From contig VJWM01000118.1 in NCBI GenBank assembly GCA_010909165.1, forward strand, positions 62,001 to 126,000: a DNA stretch of 64,000 nucleotides. The letters are read 5' to 3'. Position 1 is the stretch's first letter; the number at the start of each line of letters is the position of its first letter. Source of the DNA: Anthoceros angustus (lineage: Eukaryota > Plantae > Anthocerotophyta). The notes below the pieces were generated by a model, which was given only the letters and a program-made list of their open reading frames with translations, was not told where the DNA came from and made no database searches. The translations under genes and the position numbers were made by a program. Of this stretch, positions 49,105 to 59,614 are shown in pieces.

Positions 49105-52100
49105 GATCTCCGGGCTCGGAGCTGATTAACGGCTCCCAATGACTTACCAACATCTCATCTCTCCAAGCGCTTCCTTGGACAACAGTGGATTGGTTTCTGC
49201 CACGGCTCTCTCCATGTTCATTGGCTCCCAGTTCTGCACTCGCACACCATTCCAGCTTTCGTTCTTTCTTTCCGCACGTCATCCAAGTTTACCAATGGCT
49301 CCCATATTTGGCTCCGCGTTTTTCATTCGCACGAGTCCAGTTTTTTTCTCTCTCCTCACTTCCTTCACGACAACCCAAACCAGACATGCCAAGCACTCCA
49401 GCTACGACCTAATTTACAAGGTAGGCCTCCAACCACAAGTTTACAAGATACGCCATTATCGTTTTGGTCACGCTCTGTTTTGCGATTACGATTTCAATTT
49501 TATGATTACGATTTCAGTTTGTGATTAGGAGTGTACCTCGAGTGGTGTCTCAAGCTACATATATTTTGTGACCCTTTTTGGTCTCACACGAACGAAACAA
49601 CGTACAAGCCATGGTCTCTCAAACGTCTCACAAAACAGCACCGACCCTAAGAGCGGATTGGTCCTTGGTCATGGTGTAGTGGAACCCCGATTCAAAGCGT
49701 TTTGAAATTATGTCACAGCTGGTCTGATCGAGACCTACAAGCATGACAAAGCTAGATAAGAAAAGGTGGGTTCTAAAGTATTTACAATGAAGGCTCTTGA
49801 CTTAATATACAAAATGAACTTCCTACGCCCTACACGTCCGCTAGTCTATCTGCCTTCAGAATCAAAAGTTCATAGCCGCAGAAAGAATTCCCTCTCAGAG
49901 CAGCTGGTGCGTTTCCGACAATCCTCGAAAGCACAGTTGCTGCTCTAGAGCTCCTAGATCTACACATGTCTTCACCTGCCCGGTCCCATCATGGACGGTC
50001 CCGGGGGAGAGGGCTTCGGACACAAAATCGGCAGCGGCTTGGTCGAGGCTGCATCCAAGCCCGACTTGGCAGCTGATCCCTGCGCGAACGACCCGCAAAA
50101 GGCATCGCCAAAAATCCTTGGTGAGCTCGGAGGGTTGGGGAAGTGAAGGTGGCTTGACATGGTGAAGTCGTCGGCTCCCCGCCGCAAAGAATACAGCTGA
50201 CTTGATAATACATCCGAGACGCTCTTGCCGTCTGCCCGGCCGGTGTCCACACTAAGCGGCATCCTGACGCTTGGATGAGACCAGACGAGCGCGCGGTAGA
50301 AGTGGCAACGGCGCTCCGAACAGCTCCAAATAAGAAAAGCTCCAAACGCAATACCGCAAGACGTCTCACGCTGCACAAAGTGAACCACGGTGAGCGCAGC
50401 AAGAAGCGGGCGTCCTGGCAAGCATCAACAGGCGCGGCTCGCGATGCAGAGACAAGAAGCACAGAATCACGGTAAGCGCAGTACCAGAAAACAGGAAAGC
50501 AAGAGCAAGCGGGAAATACGTACACAGAGTCGAGAGTTCTTCGATATGTTCACACAGCAGCAGGGGAGCTTCTAGCACCGACGGCGAGCACAGCACGTAC
50601 CGAGTGCGGCTTGAGGCTTCCACTTCGAACAAGTCTAACGAGGAAGGCTGAAGATGGGAATTCGAGGCTTTTATCTTGCCCGGCGAGCTTTCCAGAATAT
50701 TCAGGTTTCAAGGACAAATATGCCTGTTCCTGTGAGCATCCTTCTCCACTGGACACAGGATAGCATATGCTTGTGCTGGGCCGACTACTTGCGATTAAAC
50801 AAAGCTTGGATGCTATTTTGGCCAACCCTAGTTTTGGCTCCTGGTTAGCTTGGGCCGCAAGGAAAGCCCTGCATGGCACACCAGGATTGGCCCAAGTCAC
50901 CAGGATCCTTTGCCGATCAAAGATCGCCGCACCCGTAAGATCTCCGGGCTCGGAGCTGATTAACGGCTCCCAATGACTTACCAACATCTCATCTCTCCAA
51001 GCGCTTCCTTGGACAACAGTGGATTGGTTTCTGCCACGGCTCTCCATGTTCATTGGCTCCCAGTTCTGCACTCGCACACCATTCCAGCTTTCGTTCTTTC
51101 TTTCCGCACGTCATCCAAGTTTACCAATGGCTCCCATATTTGGCTCCGCGTTTTTCATTCGCACGAGTCCAGTTTTTTTCTCTCTCCTCACTTCCTTCAC
51201 GACAACCCAAACCAGACATGCCAAGCACTCCAGCTACGACCTAATTTACAAGGTAGGCCTCCAACCACAAGTTTACAAGATACGCCATTATCGTTTTTGG
51301 TCACGCTTTCCGTTTTGCGATTACGATTTCAATTTTATGATTACGATTTCAGTTTGTGATTAGGAGTGTACCTCGAGTGGTGTCTCAAGCTACATATATT
51401 TTGTGACCCTTTTTGGTCTCACACGAACGAAACAACGTACAAGCCATGGTCTCTCAAACGTCTCACAAAACAGCACCGACCCTAAGAGCGGATTGGTCCT
51501 TGGTCATGGTGTAGTGGAACCCTGATTCAAAGCGTTTTGAAATTATGTCACAGCTGGTCTGATCGAGACCTACAAGCATGACAAAGCTAGATAAGAAAAG
51601 GTGGGTTCTAAAGTATTTACAATGAAGGCTCTTGACTTAATATACAAAATGAACTTCCTACGCCCTACACGTCCGCTAGTCTATCTGCCTTCAGAATCAA
51701 AAGTTCATAGCCGCAGAAAGAATTCCTCTCAGAGCAGCTGGTGCGTTTCCGACAATCCTCGAAAGCACAGTTGCTGCTCTAGAGCTCCTAGATCTACACA
51801 TGTCACCTGCCCGGTCCCATCATGGACGGTCCCGGGGAGAGGGCTTCGGACACAAAATCGGCAGCGGCTTGGTCGAGGCTGCATCCAAGCCCGACTTGGC
51901 AGCTGATCCCTGCGCGAACGACCCGCAAAGGCATCGCCAAAAATCCTTGGTGAGCTCGGAGGGTTGGGAAGTGAAGGTGGCTTGACATGGTGAAGTCGTC
52001 GGCTCCCCGCCGCAAAGAATACAGCTGACTTGATAATACATCCGAGACGCTCTTGCCGTCTGCCCGGCCGGTGTCCACACTAAGCGGCATCCTGACGCTT

Positions 52101-52738
52101 GGATGAGACCAGACGAGCGCGCGGTAGAAGTGGCAACGGCGCTCCGAACAGCTCCAAATAAGAAAAGCTCCAAACGCAATACCGCAAGACGTCTCACGCT
52201 GCACAAAGTGAACCACGGTGAGCGCAGCAAGAAGCGGGCGTCCTGGCAAGCATCAACAGGCGCGGCTCGCGATGCAGAGACAAGAAGCACAGAATCACGG
52301 TAAGCGCAGTACCAGAAAACAGGAAAGCAAGAGCAAGCGGGAAATACGTACACAGAGTCGAGAGTTCTTCGATATGTTCACACAGCAGCAGGGGAGCTTC
52401 TAGCACCGACGGCGAGCACAGCACGTACCGAGTGCGGCTTGAGGCTTCCACTGAACAAGTCTAACGAGGAAGGCTGAAGATGGGAATTCGAGGCTTTTAT
52501 CTTGCCCGGCGAGCTTTCCAGAATATTCAGGTTTCAAGGACAAATATGCCTGTTCCTGTGAGCATCCTTCTCCACTGGACACAGGATAGCATATGCTTGT
52601 GCTGGGCCGACTACTTGCGATTAAACAAAGCTTGGATGCTATTTTGGCCAACCCTAGTTTTGGCTCCTGGTTAGCTTGGGCCGCAAGGAAAGCCCTGCAT
52701 GGCACACCAGGATTGGCCCAAGTCACCAGGATCCTTTG
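49076..52738. repeat. Tandem duplication of about 1.83 kb (copies 49076-50910 and 50911-52738), content unidentified
   Basis: Near-identical copies. The first starts inside the last codons of MNS3. Junction microhomology ATCCT(C/T)TG. Confidence 0.95.
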
Positions 52739-53978
52739 ACCCATATGAACAGAAAACGGTCGGCCATCAGTCACGAGAAAGTCACTTCACTGCAGCTCCT
52801 GCCTTGGCATGTTCGCTCACCAGTTTGTGCACCGGGTGACATCAATGTCATCAAAGACACGGAAGCTGTAAGGTGCCGGCGGAGGGCTCCACACCTGGAC
52901 TGTAGCCCGGCCAGGAAAAGTTGCCACCCGCACAAGTGGAGCTGCCATTGCTTTAGTGCCACCTGCAGGCTTGCAGGTTCCACCTGGTCCAATGCCCAAT
53001 ATTTGCTGTAGCCCTGTGCTTTTACAACGTCTTCATGACGCCTTGGTGAAGTTACACACACTAGACAGTTAAGTTCTTCAGACAAGGATCAGAAGTAAAT
53101 TTGGACACACCAGACAGTTGAGCTCTTGAGCTGAGAGGACACCAAAAAATTAAGCCCCAAAGTGAACTTACACAATGAACTTGGACACGCCAGACATACC
53201 AAACAGTTAAAGTCTTACGTTCAGAGGTACAATTAGTTTGGGGTTTATTAAGAACTCTCCACTTCAAATGTATTAATTGCAGAAGTGAACTGATGAGATC
53301 AAAGGATTGTTAAAAACGTTACCTAAGAGAGGCAGGTGAGTTTGCAAGGAGCTATTTTTCAAACTTATCGTCCTCAAAAGGCCACATGCATGCCTACCTG
53401 CCGTACACATTAAAGAGAAAGCAATGCCAGAGTTTTAGGACCCACCTTATCCTCGCTACCCGCAGGATGCGTGATGCTGACCATGAACACACTGGAAAGA
53501 CCTGCAACGCATATATACCTGAGATCAAGGATTCCTATCCCACTACATGCAAAAAGAGTTTGGCATCTGCCCTCCCTGCAATAAAAAAAGGTCAGTTCAC
53601 ATCCAAAGGCATCTATCAGATACATAGAGACCTGACGTTTGGCCTCGCTTGTGGATTCCATGCTGTGCTCTGTGGGTCCTTCCAGTTATGCAACGTTGCC
53701 ATCCGTCTTGCCCTTGGCATCTCAGCCACACCCTAGTTCAACCCTGAACCAGAACAGCTAAAACAATAGGTGCATCAGGAACATGACTCAACGGAAGCAA
53801 CCACCCTGACTCGAGGTTTGGCCAGGGTAGCAAAAGTTGCAAAACTCCTCGGATAGTCTGCATTGAAAAAATTCAGTTCTGTTCCACAAGTCCATGTGCA
53901 GCGTAGCGTCAGTACACTCTGACTGATAAGCAGAATCTTCAACCAGGCAGAAAGCATTGGTTTATTGTTTGCCAGCTT

Positions 53979-55668
53979 TTAAAGCTTTTGAATAACCCTC
54001 AGCTTTGCACTTCTTGACCTTGGGTTGCGTTCAACTTCATCATCATCTGCAACTATTGGCCTTCGTGTCAGAATGATAGCATTTTGACCCTGCAACACTT
54101 TCTTTGATTTCTCTGGTCCTACATCCCCTTCACTTGCACGCCTCTTGCCAGAGTAGCTACTATGCCTTGTCTCCCCCGGAATGTGAACAAGTCGGGGAAG
54201 ATCATCCTGGTCTATGTACTCAGATTGTATCCTCAAACCTGCGGCTTCCAGGAAAAAATGCTTCACTAACCTATCTTCTAAACTGTGAAAGGAGATGACT
54301 GCCAGTCGTCCTCCTGGAGATAGCGATGCAAAGGCATCTGACATGGCAACTTCCAAAGACTTCAGCTCATCATTGACTGCAATTCTCAAAGCCTGAAAAG
54401 TCCGTGTGGCTGGGTGAGGTCCAGGTTTGAAACTTCTCTGCCTCCCTACAAAACAATCGTCCAGAATCAATTCTACAGTCATGAAGACGCTATCATCATT
54501 GACTAAAACATTCAAACGGATTCATAACACCACAGATGAGACTGATGGCCAACCAATAACATTTGCAAGCTCGGTCGTGGTCTTGATGCCTCCAGATAGA
54601 CGCGATTCCACAATCTTGCGAGCTAAATATCGCCATCTTCTTTCCTCGCCATATTCTCGTAAGATGCGTCCAATCTCCACCTCAGGCCACTTGTTTAAAA
54701 TCTCCTCAGCCTTCAGCTTTGACTGTCAAGAAACTCAAGAAGCTGATTCACTTATCCAGCCACTACTGCTATGAATGATTGTTGGAAGGATAAATGGTCT
54801 CTTCTTACCTCTGGATCCATCCTCATGTCGGCAGGGCCATCCCGCAGAAAGCTGAAGCCTCTTTCAGCAACGTTCACCTGGTACAATCAAGATGCTCAGT
54901 TCCAGACCATGCAGACAGTCAGGACAGAAAAGACAAGGAAAGGCCTGCTCTTTAACACAACAAACCTGCATGGAGGACATCCCCAAATCCATAAGAACTC
55001 CATCCACTCCACCCAGCACAGCCCCATCCTCGACCTGCCCCAACACAGTCTTGACATTCCTGAAGTTGGAGCGGATCAAGTGCAACTTCAAGCACACTCC
55101 AGGAAAAGAAGCCCGCAGGTAAGCCTCCGCAGCCTCAAGCCTGACCCGAGCCTCCGCATGTGCCACAGGATCCACATCCAGCCCGACAAATGTCCGCAAC
55201 TCTGGATGAGTCTTGATGATCTGCCACAACAAGCAGATCAGATCAGAACTCCACCAATGCAGCAAAATCCTGCAATCCAGAGCCCATCACCACAAGAAAC
55301 ATACGTGTAGATGTGTGTGAATCCACGAAACATACAGCGGCAGCGTGGCCCCCAGCTCCCAATGTGCAATCCACAAACGAGCGCAGCTGCAGGCCAGCAA
55401 AATGCTCCACCACCTCCTTCATCAGCACAGCGACGTGCCCTGACTCTGCTTCTTCCTCTTCCTGTTCTCCTTCCCCTTCCTGCTGCTCCTCGAGGACACC
55501 ATAGCTCGGGCTTCTATGCCTGGACGCAGGCAGGTGCCACCGACTCCCAGCCAACACCCCCCTTCCTGACGTCCAACACCTTGCAAGGCTCGATCCTGGA
55601 ATCAGCCCGAGTTTGGGAAATCCCAAACCCCTGGAAGACAGCATACCTGCACATTTCAGCTGCATCAT
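53979..55668 (-). CDS. rsmH: Organellar 16S rRNA m4C methyltransferase RsmH/MraW (METTL15-like), about 5 exons
   Basis: [106 protein letters not shown]. Transit-peptide-like N-terminus from ATG 55668. Confidence 0.95.
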
Positions 55669-55950
55669 CGTCGCCCCCACATCTCATGCAGCTTCCAGTT
55701 CGATTCGTCTCAAACTTCAGTTGTAAGGAACCGGCAACCCTATACGAATCTATGTAAGTCTGTGCTCCTGGTTACAGATTTCGGTCGCTTTCGGCCTTTG
55801 GTTGGCTGGGTGCACGCACTTGAGAGCAAGCCATTCCAGCACCAGCTCGTTCGGATTCTTCCAGAATTCGTGACTCGTGTTTCGTTCCTCCCGCACAGCC
55901 GTGCTGATTGTGTGTGCGGTTGGGAGGTTTGGAAGCTGCGTAATTTCGTC
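55669..55950. promoter_or_regulatory. Probable bidirectional promoter between RsmH and UFM1
   Basis: Divergent start codons only about 280 bp apart; telo-box-like AACCCTA at about 55736. Confidence 0.55.
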
Positions 55951-56675
55951 ATGTAAGCTGCACGTTCCGTCATGTTCCTCCGTGCTTGGATCGTTAGGTT
56001 GAGGTTCTGGTGATGCTCAATTCAAGGAGAGATCTGTATTGTTCTTGGACGCTACTCCAAAATTCGTATTCCACTATTGCAATCTTGCTGGCAGGTCAGG
56101 TGGAAAAGTCTCATTCAAGGTTACCCTCACCTCGGACCCCAAGCTTCCTTACAAGATGTGAGTTGATTGATTCTGTTTCTGATGCGGCTCTACACCAAGA
56201 CTCTGAGGTGTGTCGAAATCAGCCTCCTGAAGACTTATGATGTTTGCAGATTAGCTGTGCCTGAAGAAGCGCCGTTCACTGCCGTTCTGAAGTTTGCAGC
56301 AGAGGAATTCAAGGTGCCTCCTCAAACAAGTGCAATCATCACGAATGGTAAATTTCGATGTCGTCTTTGTTCCGATTAGCGTTTTATCAATTGGTTCTGT
56401 GGAGGTTTTATGAGATGCTCCTTGCTCGTTGCTAATGGATCATCGTCCTACAACATGCAGATGGTGTTGGCATAAATCCACAGCAAAGCGCTGGTACTTT
56501 GATCTTTCATGAGGCTCACCTAACACTCACTCTCTCGATGGTTTGTTTGCCTCTGTTTGTTACACCATTCTGACTTCCCTGATTGTGACGGCATGCAGGA
56601 AACGTATTTTTGAAGCATGGATCGGAACTGCGTCTCATCCCCAGGGACAGGGTGGGATCTTCTTCATCAGCTTGA
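55951..56675 (+). CDS. UFM1: Ubiquitin-fold modifier 1 (5 exons; start codon split AT|G)
   Basis: Exons 55951-55952, 56095-56157, 56250-56347, 56461-56493 and 56599-56675 give [90 protein letters not shown]. Confidence 0.95.
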
Positions 56676-57032
56676 TTGAATTGGATAGGGATAGAGGGCA
56701 GGGCGTGTATTGGTTGAATTGAATTGTAAATCTCTTTGAAGACGAGGGGTAATATATAATTCAAGGTTTTAGGAGCATCAGCTCCCTTGTGGCACATAAA
56801 AAGCGCGGAATATTTATTATCGGCAGAGGCGGCACCAGTATTTTCACTGTCCGTGTGGCAGCGCACAAGCTACCGAGAGGAATCCAAATGGGAAGGCAAA
56901 GTTGCAGAAGTTGATGCAGTCGCAGCCCTGCTGAGGTGTGTTGACACAGGTTCGAGTTTATGAGACGTTTTAGGGCGTTGGGAATGCGATCCTTGAGCTC
57001 GCGCTCGACGGCAGCGAAGAAAATCAGCGACG

Positions 57033-58437
57033 ATGTCTGTGGCTGCGGGCGTGAGCGATGCCGCCATCGCGGTGCGCGACAAGCTGCGGGGCAAGATCGG
57101 GCAGACCAAGGTGAAGAGATACTGGCCTGGAAGAGCTCCCGAGTGGGCGGAGGGTGTGGAGGACGAAGCTGAGGCCAAAGGACCCCGATCTGTGCACAGT
57201 CTGCGGGAAACGCTTGCGCGGGCCTTTCCCAAGGAGGATGCTGATTTTCCTGCCAAGGATGATCCGAGGCTTCGGCGCTTGGCGCAGAGGGTTCGGGATC
57301 GGGAGGAGGTGATCGCCAGTCATCGCCAGATTCGGCAGGCGGAGCTGGTGTCTACAAAGGAAGAGGAGGCGAAGGCGGCGGAGGCGGCTGAATTGGAGGA
57401 GGAGGAAGATGAGGACGCTATCGAGGCAAGGAGGCGGCGCATCAAGGAAAAGCTGCTGCAGCGACAGAGGGAGGAAGAAGCTGCAATTGAGGAGGAAGAC
57501 GAGGAGGAGGAGGATGAAGAGGAGGAGGAGTCGGAGTATGAGACTGGATCGGAGGAAGAGTACGGAGGTATTGCTATGGTGAAGCCGGTGTTTGTGCCGA
57601 AAGCTGAGAGGGAGACCATTGCCGAGAGGGAGAAGCTGGCTGCGGAGGAGGCTGCGTTTCATGAGGCTATGAAAAAGAAGCTGGAGGAGAGGAAGGCGGA
57701 AACTAAGCAGTTGCTGGTGGAGGAGATACGCAGGGAGGAGGAGGCGGAGAAGAATAGGCAGGCGGAGCAGAACGCTGGGGATGTTGACACGGACGATGAG
57801 ACTAACGAGGCTGAAGAGTACGAGGCCTGGAAGGCCAGGGAGATTGCGAGAATTAAGCGAGATAGAGAGGACAGGGAGGCCATGGTGAAGGAGAAAGAAG
57901 AGATCGAGAAGTTGAGGAATATGACAGAGGAGGAGCGCAGGGAGTGGGAGAGGAAGAATCCTAAGCCTACGGTTGCGACCAAGAAGAAATGGAAGTTTAT
58001 GCAAAAGTACTACCACAGGGGAGCTTTCTTCCAGTCAGCTTCAGATGATAGAGCAGCCACTGTGTCAACGGATCAAATTTTCAAGAGAGATTTCTCTGCA
58101 CCTACGGGTGAAGATAAAATGGACAAGACGATCTTGCCCAAGGTTATGCAGGTTAAGCACTTTGGACGCAGTGGTCGCACCAAGTGGACACATCTTGTCG
58201 CAGAAGATACGACTGAGTGGGACAACCCGTGAGTTTTCTGCCTTCGCTCCCATTTTTTCGAACTGGGCATTTTTGTTCAGAGCATGGAATTTCTCACGTT
58301 TTGTTTGATGATGTTGCAGCTGGACATATAATGATCCTCTCCGGGCAAAGTATAACAGCAAGATGGCTGGGATGAATCGACCTATTGCTAAGCCTGCAGG
58401 AAGTAAGAAGATGAAAGATTGGGAAGGCACCCGCTAG
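57033..58437 (+). CDS. MFAP1: Microfibrillar-associated protein 1 (spliceosomal B-complex protein), 2 exons
   Basis: KVKRYWPGRAPEWA, acidic tract, KPVFVPKAERETI, EYEAWKAREIARIKRD, FMQKYYHRGAFF, LPKVMQVKHFGRSGRTKWTHL. Intron 58229-58319. Confidence 0.95.
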
Positions 58438-59614
58438 CCTCTTCTTGAGGATCCACCTTCAACGGGGTTGAAGGAGAACCTTATCGGGAAAACTTCCACA
58501 GGATGGGCCTTAAGCACAAAATGCAAGGTCCCAGCAACATTTTCCTGCTGGGGGGTGTCACTGTGTCAAGTTACGGGTCCAGGTGGAAATTCGGTTCATG
58601 ATATAGCTCATTGCTAGCATGGGCAGAGTGGTGGCAGGAAGCCTCTGTTACGCCATTCTAGGGACGCTAGGTTGGCTGGTTACGCCTGTGTTGGTGCAGC
58701 AGGTGCTGCTGTTCCAGGTTTCTGCAACTTCTCTCTGAGGCCCATGGGTTGCTCAGGAGTTGGTTGGCTTTTACATCAGGGCGGACTTGGAAGGCCTGTG
58801 TGTGGAGGTTTTTAGCCTGATCTTTTCTCAAATTGGAAAGGCTGGCAATCCTCTACCCCGAGAGGCTTCTAGCTCTCACACTGGTAACGATAAAGTGGAA
58901 GCAGAGTCAGTATGTGAAGGAGGGAGTTATGCATTCACTGCAGCAGGTGGTGGAATGTCATTGGCTTGACGCCCCTTCATTGCCTCGAGGCAAGGGTATT
59001 TGCAAAAGTTTTCTGGCAGACGTATGATAGTCTGCCCTCCCATACCCGATTACGTCCGAAAATGTAAGGGTCATTTTGGCAGCTTATGTCTGATTGTATT
59101 CTATTCGCCTTTTTGATCGCAGCTTTATTGAGTGAGAGCCGATACTTCCAGTCCCCATGAGTTGACACGTTGAGCTGTGTTTGGAAGCAGGGCTCATAGC
59201 AGATGCACACTGATGACCTCGCGGGCCATGTTGAAGCTAGAAGGGCTCCTAGGTCCTGCTTGGTGCTCCCAGACCCAGCTGGAGTGCTAATTACGCGAGA
59301 AGTGAAGTCTCCCGCAGTGCTTCTTGTCACTCATCGGTGACACTCTCGATGTTGTAGGATGCTATCTTGATGTCCTGATTGCACTTTTAAGACGGCAGCC
59401 TCACTCATGTACCTACTTCGTTGTCGATTATGACCGGAATCAATCGGAATCTTTTCTTGTACGTGCACGGTCTCTCCCAACTAGAGCATCAAAACGCTAA
59501 TGCCACACGTCGAAACAACCAACTATCTAGCCTTTGAGCCGGGGAACATTTATCTTTAAATGCTTGCTAGAGTGGGTACTCGAGGTTATTAGTGCCTACT
59601 CCCCTGCGTCTTCA

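Noticed and set aside
53979-55668. RsmH as a bacterial contaminant or recent horizontal transfer
   Set aside because: It has spliceosomal introns and a transit-peptide-like leader; nuclear-encoded organellar RsmH is standard in plants.
57024-58016. 330-aa Leu-rich minus-strand ORF
   Set aside because: Antisense shadow of the GAG/AAG-rich MFAP1 coding strand.
58440-59400. Short ORFs and splice-like sites downstream of MFAP1
   Set aside because: No coherent exon chain or motif; more likely 3' UTR or intergenic.
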